64,000 nucleotides of DNA, from the NCBI GenBank assembly GCA_965198235.1, contig OZ240248.1, positions 1,632,001 to 1,696,000 on the forward strand. The letters are read 5' to 3'. The stretch is from Candidatus Poribacteria bacterium. Lineage in GTDB: Bacteria; Poribacteria; WGA-4E; WGA-3G. This document shows positions 29,688-39,469 of the stretch, piece by piece. The notes beneath the pieces were generated by a model, which worked only from the letters and a program-made list of their open reading frames with translations, did no database searches and was not told the origin of the DNA. The first letter of the stretch is position 1; every line of letters starts with the position of its first letter. The position numbers and the translations under genes were made by a program.

Positions 29688-30506
29688 CTACTCTTCTGTT
29701 TGTGTGATGTCTTTTACGCACCGAAATCCAATAGTGCTTCCGGATGAGAGGTGATACCATCGGTCTGCGACACGGAGATCTTCAGGACTCCCGCCCCATC
29801 CACCGCCCCGTAGGATGCGAAAGTTTTCACTATCAGGAGCAATTTCCCTGCCGAAGCGCGGGTTACTTTGTGGACTGATGCTATAGAATTCACTGTTGTA
29901 TTCGTCAAAGCACCACTCCCACACATTGCCTGCCATATCGTAGAGATTATAGCCGTTAGGTGGGAAGCTGCCAACCGGTGCTGTCCACTTCCATCTATCC
30001 GCTCCGCCTGTATTACCGAAATTGGCATCTGCATAAGTTATTATATCACCATTCGGGTATCGTTTGCCAGTGAGACCTCCGCGTGCGGCGTATTCCCACT
30101 CTGCTTCGGTAGGCAGCCGTTTATTTGCCCACGCTGCGTACGCAGCCGCATCGCGCCAGTTCACCCGAACGACAGGGACATCGGGGGCATTGAATCTTGG
30201 ATTATGCGACAGCGGTGGCTGAGGATAACCTGTGCTTTGGACGAACTTCTGATAGTGGGCATTCGTTACCTCGTATGTGTCCATGTAGAATGCATCGAGG
30301 GTGGCGGTATGCACGGGTCGTTCATCGCTATCCCCGGTGGCGGAGCCCATCTGAAACGTGCCTGCCGGAATTAACACCATTGTTGCACCATCGACTTCAG
30401 AGACAATTTCTGTGGTTGGTTCAATGGGTGAACCCTCCTCGTTTTGCGTGCAGGCGCACACACCAACACTGACAATGCTGATAAGAAGGATTCCTACAAT
30501 TCTCAT
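29688..30506 (-). CDS. Formylglycine-generating enzyme (SUMF1/FGE-sulfatase) domain lipoprotein
   Basis: FQMG, EVTN, RLPTEAEWEYAARGG, DMAGNVWEW, GFRC; ATGA overlap with selA. Confidence 0.88.
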   Translation of the reverse strand: MRIVGILLISIVSVGVCACTQNEEGSPIEPTTEIVSEVDGATMVLIPAGTFQMGSATGDSDERPVHTATLDAFYMDTYEVTNAHYQKFVQSTGYPQPPLSHNPRFNAPDVPVVRVNWRDAAAYAAWANKRLPTEAEWEYAARGGLTGKRYPNGDIITYADANFGNTGGADRWKWTAPVGSFPPNGYNLYDMAGNVWEWCFDEYNSEFYSISPQSNPRFGREIAPDSENFRILRGGGWGGSPEDLRVADRWYHLSSGSTIGFRCVKDITQTEE

Positions 30507-31912
30507 AAATCTTTTGCGATTTGTGTGGCAGTTTCGACGATCCAAGCCTGTTCTCTCTCATAGACTGTCCGCAGATCCAACCAAAAAAGACCGTCCTTGA
30601 TTCTGCCGATGACGGGAATTGTAGCGTTTCGGAATTGTGCAGCGAGCATTTCAGCGGAAGACTCCGAGGGTTCAAGGACAAGTGCGATACTCGGTAACGT
30701 CTCAACGGGGAGGGCACCACTCCCGATTTGCCCGTAGGTTTCCGAGACCTGAATACCGACCTTTTCTCCGAAGAGGGGTTCTAACTGCGTCTTGAGTGCT
30801 ATTGCAACGGCATGGAGTGCCTCTATCGGTCGGGTGTAGCGGTTGAGCATCGGAAACCGTTCAGTGATGGTGGCATCCTCTGTGAGATAGAGTTGCAATG
30901 TGGCTGACAAACCGGCAATAATAAGTTTATCGACTCGGAGTGCCCGCATCATCGGGTTTTTACGCATCTTCTCGATCCATTCCGCTTTACCCACGATAAT
31001 TCCTGCTTGGGGTCCGCCGAGCAGCTTATCGCCGCTAAAGGTAACAATGTCAACACCGCTGGCGATTCGCTCTCCGACGAGCGGTTCATGCGGAAGTCCG
31101 TATGTTGTCATGTCGATGAGCGCACCACTCCCAAGATCTTCCATCGTTGGAATGCCGTGCTGTGCACCGAGTTCCGTCAGTTCTCCCATCGAAGGCGTTG
31201 AGGTGAAACCGAGAATTTTGTAATTGCTCGGATGCACCTTAAGCAATAACCCTGTGTTCTCATTAATAGCCTCGGCGTAATCGCGGAGATGGGTTCGGTT
31301 GGTGGTGCCTACTTCGCGGAGGACTGCGCCGCTTGCTGCCATTACGTCAGGAACTCGGAACGCCCCACCGATTTCGATCAGTTCTCCTCGTGAGACGATA
31401 ACCTCTTTACCGCGTGCGATCGTTTGAAGCGCGATCAGAACCGCCGCTGCATTATTATTAACGACCGTGGATGCCTCACAGCCGGTCAACTGCTGTAAGA
31501 GGGGTTCGGTAATCCTATCCCGATGTCCTCGCCTACCTGTTGTAATGTCGTATTCGAGGTTGACATAGTTTTGTGCGGCTTGCTGGATTGCTTCACAGGT
31601 AGAATTGCTTAACAGCGATCTGCCTAAGTTGGTGTGTGTAATCGTACCTGTCGCATTGACGACGGGACGCATGCGGGCACCTATCTTTGCCTCAATTTTC
31701 TGGCGCGTTCGTTCGGCGTATTCCGTGTGTTCTGGCAGTTGTGTACTGCCACTCAGAATGTCGTTTCGGATGTCGGCGACGACGGCGCGCAATGCCTCCG
31801 TCACAAGAGAACGGGCGTAGGTGGCTTGCAAGTCAAGCATTTCCTGTGTGTTCAGGAGTTTTTCGATGGCGGGCAAGTGCCGTAGGAGGTTTTTTGTATC
31901 GACGGTTGTCAA
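30503..31912 (-). CDS. selA: L-seryl-tRNA(Sec) selenium transferase
   Basis: VVNATG..HTNLGR, VVNNNAAA, SRGELIEIGG, FSGDKLLGGPQAG, RALRVDK; start (TTG 31912) uncertain. Confidence 0.96.
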   Translation of the reverse strand: MTTVDTKNLLRHLPAIEKLLNTQEMLDLQATYARSLVTEALRAVVADIRNDILSGSTQLPEHTEYAERTRQKIEAKIGARMRPVVNATGTITHTNLGRSLLSNSTCEAIQQAAQNYVNLEYDITTGRRGHRDRITEPLLQQLTGCEASTVVNNNAAAVLIALQTIARGKEVIVSRGELIEIGGAFRVPDVMAASGAVLREVGTTNRTHLRDYAEAINENTGLLLKVHPSNYKILGFTSTPSMGELTELGAQHGIPTMEDLGSGALIDMTTYGLPHEPLVGERIASGVDIVTFSGDKLLGGPQAGIIVGKAEWIEKMRKNPMMRALRVDKLIIAGLSATLQLYLTEDATITERFPMLNRYTRPIEALHAVAIALKTQLEPLFGEKVGIQVSETYGQIGSGALPVETLPSIALVLEPSESSAEMLAAQFRNATIPVIGRIKDGLFWLDLRTVYEREQAWIVETATQIAKDL

Positions 31913-32015
31913 GATAGTTTCCAAGAAGTAAGTTTTTTTAAGGATTAAGATGCTTTCCACATTGGACGGACTCACGATCTGATATGTTCGTATTATAGCC
32001 GTGATGTTCTTCTAA

Positions 32016-32108
32016 TAGGACTTACGCAATTTTCTTATCAGCACCTACATGCGCACGCCGCTGGCGAGGTTTCAAACCTCGCCAGCAAAGGAAGCTGCGT
32101 AAGTCCCG
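32016..32108. mobile_element. MITE (AGGACTTACGCA family) with 5-bp TSD and internal hairpin
   Basis: TAGGACTTACGCA ... TGCGTAAGTCCCG; TCTAA on both flanks; internal GCTGGCGAGGTTT-C-AAACCTCGCCAGC. Confidence 0.85.
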
Positions 32109-32132
32109 TCTAATCAAGGACAGTCTATTTTT

Positions 32133-32161
32133 AGGATAGCATATTGTAGGCGGATTGTCAA
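32133..32161 (-). promoter_or_regulatory. Sigma70-type promoter upstream of selA
   Basis: TTGACA-N17-TATCCT with extended TG. Confidence 0.55.
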
Positions 32162-32164
32162 GTT

Positions 32165-32947
32165 CTACACTGACATCGGTGCATATTCATCCAGCAAGTT
32201 TCTTAGAGAGTTTGCTTTGTCTAAAATCTCATGGCTTTCAAAGCTGCGGATCTCGAACAGGCGTGGCAACTGTTGGTAGAGTGCCGGTAGTTCTAAAATC
32301 TCTACAATCTGTTCTTGGATCCACTTGTCGTAGGTGATAGGGTAGGTGCGTCGAGCGATAAAGAGGGCTTGTAGAAACTCACGGAACGCATCGTAAAAGC
32401 GGTTGAAGCACTGAAAATGGAGTCGGCGTTCAATGTAGAGTGGGATATGGTCGAGATTGTTGAGACAATACTTCTGTACCATTGATAGGCGATCGCGGCG
32501 CAGCGTTTCATCGTAGTAGGGCAACCACTTTGCCTTGAGTTCGTCGAGATAATTGCCTCTCTGGTAGAGTGGAACGCTATAGACTAAATAATTGCCAATC
32601 ACGAGTTCAAACTCATCCGGTCCACCGACCCAATAGTGTTCCGTCGGCACGAAGTGTCCATCGCTGAATTCGAGATCGACGTGTGCATATTTCCCGACAG
32701 CGGCGAGCTTTTGAAAAATAGGGGCAGTTGTATAAAATTCGTCCCAAATTTTCTGAATTTCCTCCTGTGCTGTAGACATGGCTTCAGGTCTGCCGAGGAC
32801 GAGGATATCCAGACAACTGTCTCGGCTTGCTTTGCGGCGGGCACATGAACAGATTAAGCAGACCGCTTCAATTTCTGGGATTGCGGTGAAGAACTCGACA
32901 ATCGCTTCAGCGGTACTCCGGTGTTCGGGGGTTGGATAGAGATTCAT
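32165..32947 (-). CDS. Nucleotidyltransferase-domain protein (Pol-beta-like, atypical motif)
   Basis: CSCARRKASRDSCLDILV in place of GS..DxD; helical C-terminal domain; start at MNLYPT preferred. Confidence 0.6.
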   Translation of the reverse strand: MNLYPTPEHRSTAEAIVEFFTAIPEIEAVCLICSCARRKASRDSCLDILVLGRPEAMSTAQEEIQKIWDEFYTTAPIFQKLAAVGKYAHVDLEFSDGHFVPTEHYWVGGPDEFELVIGNYLVYSVPLYQRGNYLDELKAKWLPYYDETLRRDRLSMVQKYCLNNLDHIPLYIERRLHFQCFNRFYDAFREFLQALFIARRTYPITYDKWIQEQIVEILELPALYQQLPRLFEIRSFESHEILDKANSLRNLLDEYAPMSV

Positions 32948-35618
32948 AACCGTTGGTATGTTCATGAATTCGTTGACGTTCACGGTTGACATCTGCATCT
33001 GCCCGGCGAGGAATACCCGTGATTGCGTCGACGGATTCGTCTGCCTTAAAGCGTAGGTAGAGTTTTTGGGATTTCGCGGCAAGCGAGGGGTTCTTGAGGG
33101 CGCGGTAGCAACGCATCATATTGTAATGTGCGTCCAGATCTTCTGGGTCGACGGTAAGCGTCTTTTGGAATTCAGCCAGAGCGGTTTCGTAGTTGCGTTT
33201 CAGAAAGTGTATACGTCCAAGTTTATTTCGGACACGGGTATCGCGTGGGAATTGCGAGACAGCGTGCTCCAGATGCTCAATCGCTGTGTCGTAATTGCCG
33301 TAGACCTCTTGAATGAGTGCGTAAAAGTAATGGACCTTCGCGCGGTGTGGATTTTCAGGTGGCAATGTCTTTTGGATTTCAAACGCCTTTTCAAGCATCG
33401 ATTCTGCGCCTTGCATGTCTCCTTCTTGGATTCTGGCTCTTGCCACGTTTACCCATCCATCGAGGTATGCTGGCTCTATCTCGGTTACTTTGAGAAATGC
33501 GGTCTCTGCGGCTTTCAGATCGCCCTGTAGGAGTAGCCCGATGCCGTAGTCGTTCCACCGTTCGCGCGTATTTTTAGACTTTGGTTGTGAGTCCACCGGG
33601 TCCACTACTTCGGCTGACGGCACAGGGACTGTGCCTGCTACCTTTAAGGTTGTTTTGGTAGATGCCATTACGATAGTGGGTAGGTTTGGGATCGCTTTGA
33701 TTTTTCCTGCGACATCTGAGGTATCCCCGGTCCAGACCCACTTGCCATCATCGTAGCCTTTATCTACCTGAAAATCTGTGTCTTCTGGGTCGCGCACGCC
33801 GGCGTAAGCCCACTGTGTATGCCACCAATTGAATTTGCGATAGTTGAGTTTCGCCTCCACTGTGAGAAAATTTCCACAATCCGTTGGGATTTCGAGTCGG
33901 TAGCGTGCGGTATCGGCGGCACCCGGCGGAATTGTGTTTGAGTAGAGGACGGTTCGAGTTGCCCAGGCATTTCGTTTATTAATCAGATTTCCGTGTGCAT
34001 CCAGCATATAGGCGCGATAAAAGTGTGCGCTTGGATCGACGGGTCCGTTACCATTGGGTGCGGCGATTCTGCCGTTCCAGAAGACAATTTTTCCGTTTTC
34101 ATCAGTGGCTTTCACTTCCAGCCAGATGTCGAATGCGTCAATCGTGCCAGCTGGAAAGCGGTGACCGACCCCCCGTGTGCGGACTACGACATCGACCCGT
34201 GTGTCCTCACCTCGGACAACTTCAGTACCGTCGCGTGGGATCGGTGTGCCGTCTGCAAACAAATCTAACGTTACGACTTCATCCTGCAAAAATTCTGTTA
34301 TGATTTTGAGTTGCTCTGGATGTTGATTCACAAAAGGCAGGGCTGTGTTCGCGGCTGGGAATCGGTGGTTGTGGACCTTGCCGTTGATATTCCCGGCGTC
34401 TGTGGAGTCAACGAGTGGCATGTGACAATCGACACACTTCTTCGCCGTTTCGGGATAGTAGAAGGACAACGCGCCTTGATGTGAGACACCGCTTTTCTGC
34501 CACTGATCGTAGTCGTCAAAACCTCGTATCCATCGAAAATTGTTGACCGGTTCGTCGAGATGCACTTTATGACAGGTTGAACAGAATTCGGCGGTGTTTT
34601 CACGGTGGAACGGTTTGAGAAAACTTTTTTTGTGAGGCTCCGGATCAAGCCGAATGAGATAGTTGTGCAAATTGCGGATAACAGGATTATCGCTGGCAGC
34701 GATGTCGTGAAGGGGAGGGTATTTAATCACGTATCCGCTGTTGCCCATCGTGTCTTTGACCTTTTCAATAGAGTGGCAAGCAGTACATGCAAGTCCGGCT
34801 TGGGCGGCGGGTGTGTGCAGGTTTTCACGAATGGGTCTGTCCATCACACCGTTGAGTAGGATTGCTGGATCGTGGCATCCCCCGCACCATTTGGAAGGTT
34901 GAATGCCGTTGACATCCTGCATATAGATAATTGACTTACGATACCACTGGTTATTGAAAGAAGAGAAATGGTGGGCGGATTCGTTCCACTGCTGATAGAT
35001 GTCTGAATGGCATCCCTTGGTAGCGCAGGTTTCCGAGGTGAGAAAGAAATCGGTTGGAATCAGCGCACCCGTCTCTGTTTCGACGGATGCGGGGAAGAAA
35101 TGACCGGTTGTACCACCGCCCTCCTCATACATACTCGTAGGGGGTAGTGCGGGGTTCTCGACGAGATATGTTTCATTCGGTAAATAGTGTTGTGTGAGTT
35201 TCGCGCCTACCGGGAAAAGGACGACAACAGTTAGCACGCCGATGCTTATTTTTCTCAACGATGGCGTGAGGAGTTCCTTGTCTCTTAATAGGTGAACACA
35301 GAGGAGAATACTCCCCGCGCTTACACTGACGATGTGTGTGATGAGTAGCCATCGATACGGAGTTGTCGCGCCGACAATCATCAGATAGCCACCACTGATG
35401 ACACCAACGGCTATTCCGATAATTCCTATTCGTCCGAGCGTTGAGATTCGCTTGAATTGTCGGTAGATGTAGATACTGAATGGAATTATCAGAACAATAC
35501 CAAGTCCAACGTGAAGGAGGACGTTGGAGATGTAAAAGAGCGTCGGTTCGCCGAAGCTAAACAGGTACGCGCTGTTTATGAGTAGAATGAGGAAAGTAAT
35601 CAAGGAAAGTTTACGCAT
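32907..35618 (-). CDS. Membrane-anchored multiheme c-type cytochrome with C-terminal TPR repeats
   Basis: N-terminal TM helices; CATKGCH, CGGCH, CTACH, CSTCH, CVDCH; TPR repeats. Confidence 0.85.
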   Translation of the reverse strand: MRKLSLITFLILLINSAYLFSFGEPTLFYISNVLLHVGLGIVLIIPFSIYIYRQFKRISTLGRIGIIGIAVGVISGGYLMIVGATTPYRWLLITHIVSVSAGSILLCVHLLRDKELLTPSLRKISIGVLTVVVLFPVGAKLTQHYLPNETYLVENPALPPTSMYEEGGGTTGHFFPASVETETGALIPTDFFLTSETCATKGCHSDIYQQWNESAHHFSSFNNQWYRKSIIYMQDVNGIQPSKWCGGCHDPAILLNGVMDRPIRENLHTPAAQAGLACTACHSIEKVKDTMGNSGYVIKYPPLHDIAASDNPVIRNLHNYLIRLDPEPHKKSFLKPFHRENTAEFCSTCHKVHLDEPVNNFRWIRGFDDYDQWQKSGVSHQGALSFYYPETAKKCVDCHMPLVDSTDAGNINGKVHNHRFPAANTALPFVNQHPEQLKIITEFLQDEVVTLDLFADGTPIPRDGTEVVRGEDTRVDVVVRTRGVGHRFPAGTIDAFDIWLEVKATDENGKIVFWNGRIAAPNGNGPVDPSAHFYRAYMLDAHGNLINKRNAWATRTVLYSNTIPPGAADTARYRLEIPTDCGNFLTVEAKLNYRKFNWWHTQWAYAGVRDPEDTDFQVDKGYDDGKWVWTGDTSDVAGKIKAIPNLPTIVMASTKTTLKVAGTVPVPSAEVVDPVDSQPKSKNTRERWNDYGIGLLLQGDLKAAETAFLKVTEIEPAYLDGWVNVARARIQEGDMQGAESMLEKAFEIQKTLPPENPHRAKVHYFYALIQEVYGNYDTAIEHLEHAVSQFPRDTRVRNKLGRIHFLKRNYETALAEFQKTLTVDPEDLDAHYNMMRCYRALKNPSLAAKSQKLYLRFKADESVDAITGIPRRADADVNRERQRIHEHTNGYESLSNPRTPEYR

Positions 35619-35625
35619 CTTTTTT

Positions 35626-35768
35626 TATGGTGTGCCGCTGTGGTTGTGCGATTGAATAGATCATTGGTTCCTGATGCGGTCTGTAGGTCGTGAGAGTAGT
35701 TCTCCGTATTGTTTAAGGAATTCTTCTTTGGACAATATCTGACGGTTTACCAGAACCATGGCACCATA
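35626..35768. mobile_element. Possible MITE with imperfect TATGGTGCCATGGTT-like ends
   Basis: TATGGTGTGCCGCTGTGGTT ... AACCATGGCACCATA; TA at both ends. Confidence 0.45.
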
Positions 35769-35841
35769 CAGAAAAGTAAAAAACGAATCGGCTTTATATT
35801 TAAAAGGAACATCGGTTTTCTCCTAATCTCTTTAAGCAGGC

Positions 35842-36534
35842 TTATTGAGACGTTCCACTGGGGGTAACCCGCATCGGTAGGGGTTCTGTCAGTTCATAAA
35901 TCCATCCGCCGGGGAGTAGTGGATTTTCCGCCACACCTGTCACCTTCAAATAGGAAGTATATCTCGTAATTTTTCCAGTGTGAGCGACATCGTTGAACAG
36001 CCGCTTTACCTCTTGCCACGTCTCATCACGCCATGCGATGAGCTCGGGCGACTTTCCAGCCACTCCATCCGTACTTCTCAGTTCCGTATAGAGTTCTACG
36101 GCTTTGGTTAGGTTCGTGCGAATTTCCTCCTCAAGCACGGGGATTTTCTCTTCAATTTCAATGAGCGTTAATCCATAGTAACGTTCTTCTTTAGACTCGG
36201 AGACGTTTTCCGTTTCGGTGCTATCGGACGGAGTGCTTTCTTCAGTCGTCACTTCCGCTTCGGAAAGTTGTGTATCTTGCGGTGTGAGACCTTCAGAATC
36301 AATAGACACGCGGGAATCCACGGATGTAGAGGTGTCTTCTGTTTCATTGGCATCTTCTTTTGTTTGTTCCTTTTGTTTATCTACGGACTGAACTGTAGCG
36401 CGCCGTTCTGGCACGACAATTTTATAAATTTTTATCGGTTCCTGAGGTGGCTGGTTTGTTCTATAAAGCAGAATACCGACGAACACCGCTACACAGAGCA
36501 ATATGCCACCCCAGAATAACTTTGAGTTAAACAT
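35842..36534 (-). CDS. Hypothetical membrane-anchored protein
   Basis: N-terminal TM, acidic low-complexity linker, helical C-terminus; AGGGAG SD. Confidence 0.75.
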   Translation of the reverse strand: MFNSKLFWGGILLCVAVFVGILLYRTNQPPQEPIKIYKIVVPERRATVQSVDKQKEQTKEDANETEDTSTSVDSRVSIDSEGLTPQDTQLSEAEVTTEESTPSDSTETENVSESKEERYYGLTLIEIEEKIPVLEEEIRTNLTKAVELYTELRSTDGVAGKSPELIAWRDETWQEVKRLFNDVAHTGKITRYTSYLKVTGVAENPLLPGGWIYELTEPLPMRVTPSGTSQ

Positions 36535-36654
36535 GGTGCAAAGCTCCCTTTATGGTGGATTGGTGTGTCGTATCTACTCTTAACGTCAGGTTGAGTCAGA
36601 AGATACCGATTATAGAACCTTTCAGTTTTCGGTTGTACTGTGCCGTACAGAATT

Positions 36655-37404
36655 TTATCCTGCGGTATAACCACCATCAATCGGTAAAGCGATGCCTGTA
36701 ACGAAAGCAGACTCGTCGGAGGCGAGGTATAGTGCGCCGTAGGCGATCTCTTCGGGTTGAGCGAGCCGCCGCATCGGGTGCTTGTCCGCGAGTGTCCGAT
36801 ATTCCTCTGGCGTTTTGATGACACCGGCAACTAACGGCGTTTCAACGAAGCCGGGGCAGATGCAATTAACCCGAATGTTATCCTCCGCGTAATCAAGTGC
36901 CATCCCGCGTGTGAGGTTCGTCACACCGCCTTTGGAAGCGACATACGCTGCCCGAACGCCCGCACCGACGATTCCGTAGATGGAGGATAGGTTGATGATG
37001 GAACCACCACCGTTTTTCTGCATTGCGGGAATCGCTGCTTTGGCGCAAAGATAGACCCCAGTGAGGTTAACATTTAGACAGCGGTGCCAGTCGTCCTCTG
37101 GCAGATCGGCAACAGGGAGCCGCATTGCAATTCCAGCACTGCTGATCAGGATATCAAGTTTTCCATAGTTGTTAAGGGTCTCCTGCACCATACGCTCAGC
37201 GTTGTCTAAAATTGTCACATCGGTTTGGACATAGATCGCTTCGTTGCCTGCGTCTCGGATAGTGGTGACGGTCTGGTTGGCGCGATCTTCATCGATGTCG
37301 GCGACGACTACCTCCGCACCGTGTTCGGCGAAAAGGATCGCTGTGGCTTTTCCGATACCGGATGCGGCACCTGTAACGATGGCTACCTTGTCTTTGAGTC
37401 GCAT
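36655..37404 (-). CDS. SDR family oxidoreductase
   Basis: TGAASGIG, YVASK, NIRVNCICPG, DGG. Confidence 0.93.
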   Translation of the reverse strand: MRLKDKVAIVTGAASGIGKATAILFAEHGAEVVVADIDEDRANQTVTTIRDAGNEAIYVQTDVTILDNAERMVQETLNNYGKLDILISSAGIAMRLPVADLPEDDWHRCLNVNLTGVYLCAKAAIPAMQKNGGGSIINLSSIYGIVGAGVRAAYVASKGGVTNLTRGMALDYAEDNIRVNCICPGFVETPLVAGVIKTPEEYRTLADKHPMRRLAQPEEIAYGALYLASDESAFVTGIALPIDGGYTAG

Positions 37405-37460
37405 TTTAATTTATGGTCCTCTGGACTGCCCTCCACTATGTTAAGGGCAGGTTCTTGATG
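37405..37460 (-). repeat. Dispersed leader/hairpin element, copy C
   Basis: Stem CTGCCC/GGGCAG, loop TTAACATAGTGGA, 21-nt tail to the ATG. Confidence 0.75.
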
Positions 37461-37551
37461 GACTCAGCAGTAAGCGCAACCAACGGGCGCGCTGGATATA
37501 CGCCGAGGATCGTTATTCATTCAACCCACCTCACCGATCCGCAAGGGAAAA

Positions 37552-38481
37552 TTAAAGACCTTTTTCCGTCCATTCCGCGGGGTTCACGTCAGGTTCACCG
37601 ATTTGGTTTCTGAGTACGCCGATGTTTTCAACCTCAAGTTCAATGACATCCCCAGGTTGAATCCAGCGGTCGAGTTCCCACCCGCACCCTTTTCCGACGG
37701 TGCCGGAGCCTAAAAACTCGCCGGGATGGAGCGTCTCTGATTGTGATACGAACGAAATCATTTCTTCAAACGAGTAATACATATCCGAAGTATTGCCATC
37801 TGCCCAGACTTCGCCGTTGACTCTGGCGATCATTCGGAGGTTGTACGGGTCGCGGATTTCATCTGGTGTAACGAGGCAGGGTCCCATAATGTTGCTATTG
37901 TCGAAATCCTTCCCTTTAGCGGGACCGAGTGCCATGGTCATGTGCCGAAATTGAATATCCCGCGCACTGATGTCGTTGTAAATGGTATAACCAGCGATGT
38001 ACTCGGAGGCTTCTGCTACGGAGATATTTTTTCCAGTTTTGCCGATATAGATGCCCCACTCCAGTTCAAAATCGAGTTTTTGGGTGTAGTTGGGCCAAGT
38101 GACAACGGCTTCGTGTCCGGTAATGGAGGATGGACTCGTGCTGCCGCGGTAATAGTTGGGCAGTTTGAACCATTCAGGCGAGATCTCTTTGCCGGTAATC
38201 CGCGCGGCGGCATCCATGTGGGTTTTGAATACGCCGAAATCGCGTAGGCTTGCAGGACGTGGAAACGGCGCGAGCAGTTGCACATCAGCCACAGGGAAAA
38301 CAACATCGGACAGGTCTGTGCGTTCAATGTACCTTTGCGCGTCGGCTATGCAATTCTGTTCAAAGAATTGGCACATATCTGGGGCAACTGCGGTGAGGTC
38401 AACAATCTGATCGCCGTCAATCCGAGTGCCGAGCCTTGGTGTAGTAGGTGTTGATTTGGTTTGAAAGGTAACGAGTTTCAT
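37552..38481 (-). CDS. Fumarylacetoacetate hydrolase family protein
   Basis: LDFELE, YNDISARD, KGKDF, GSGT. Confidence 0.92.
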   Translation of the reverse strand: MKLVTFQTKSTPTTPRLGTRIDGDQIVDLTAVAPDMCQFFEQNCIADAQRYIERTDLSDVVFPVADVQLLAPFPRPASLRDFGVFKTHMDAAARITGKEISPEWFKLPNYYRGSTSPSSITGHEAVVTWPNYTQKLDFELEWGIYIGKTGKNISVAEASEYIAGYTIYNDISARDIQFRHMTMALGPAKGKDFDNSNIMGPCLVTPDEIRDPYNLRMIARVNGEVWADGNTSDMYYSFEEMISFVSQSETLHPGEFLGSGTVGKGCGWELDRWIQPGDVIELEVENIGVLRNQIGEPDVNPAEWTEKGL

Positions 38482-38537
38482 AAGCGTTCTGTATTACGAC
38501 AATTACAACTCCTTGTTCAAATAGTTGTATAGTGTTG

Positions 38538-38627
38538 ATTATACGATAGATACATTTAGAAATCAAGATTTTTTTTGAAAGTTTAGATAAGATTTTTCTT
38601 GCGTCTACGACGGAGATGCGGCATAAT
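38538..38627. promoter_or_regulatory. Divergent sigma70 promoters
   Basis: Minus strand TTGATT-N17-TATAAT (38538-38566); plus strand TTGCGT-N17-CATAAT (38599-38627). Confidence 0.5.
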
Positions 38628-38710
38628 GAGTTGTATACGTTTTACACATTTGCGGGTGTTCCTGTTGATATCGCTGACCCTGTGATAGACCTGCCGAAAT
38701 AAAAGAGGGA

Positions 38711-39469
38711 ATGAGTATGGTTACCCGGCAAGACATTCAAGCTACATGTGATGACATCGTACGCGAATTCGCGCCACTACAAATTATTCTTTTCGGTTCT
38801 TATGCGTACGGCACACCCTCGGAATACTCTGATGTTGATTTGTTGATAGTGATGCCGGGTCCGAAATCAGAGACGCGCAGGCAGGAAATAGAGATTCAAG
38901 AACGTATTCCGCGCCGCTTCCGCATGGACTTGCTCGTGCGTTCGTCTGAGGAGATAGCGTATCGCCTCTCTTATAACGACTGGTTTCTCCGCGAGGTCAC
39001 TGAAAAGGGTGAAGTCCTCTATGAATCTGCCAATTTTCTCTTGAAACCGCCGAAAAAGGAACAGTGTGCCATGAATCCGTTGGCATTGGAATGGGTAGAG
39101 AACGCCGAAGAGGATTATCTTGGGATGCGGCAGCTTCAGCAAGGGCAGCATCCGCTATATAATATTGTATGCTTCCATGCCCAGCAATGTGTCGAGAAGT
39201 ATCTAAAGGCATGGCTTCAAGAGCGGAACATTCCCTTTCCGAGAACACATGATTTAAAAGAATTGCTGGAACTGGTTCTTCCTGCGATGCCTATTTGGCG
39301 GGTTTGGCAGCCCGATTTTACATTGCTTTCCAAATACGCGGTGGCGACTCGCTATCCCGGTGCCTCTGCTACAGCCGACGATGCAGAACACACGGCGCGC
39401 ATCTGTACTGAGGTGCGTCAAGCCGTGCGCGAGCATTTAAAACTACCGCTTGATGGAACAGCTGACTAA
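38711..39469 (+). CDS. MNT (minimal nucleotidyltransferase)-HEPN fusion
   Basis: FGSYAYG...SDVDLL, then W...AEEDY...CFHAQQCVEKYLKA...RTHDL...RYP. Confidence 0.88.
   Translation: MSMVTRQDIQATCDDIVREFAPLQIILFGSYAYGTPSEYSDVDLLIVMPGPKSETRRQEIEIQERIPRRFRMDLLVRSSEEIAYRLSYNDWFLREVTEKGEVLYESANFLLKPPKKEQCAMNPLALEWVENAEEDYLGMRQLQQGQHPLYNIVCFHAQQCVEKYLKAWLQERNIPFPRTHDLKELLELVLPAMPIWRVWQPDFTLLSKYAVATRYPGASATADDAEHTARICTEVRQAVREHLKLPLDGTAD

Noticed and set aside
30503-32160. tRNA-Sec (selC) or selB next to selA
   Set aside because: No tRNA-like fold with a TCA anticodon and no elongation-factor ORF was seen nearby
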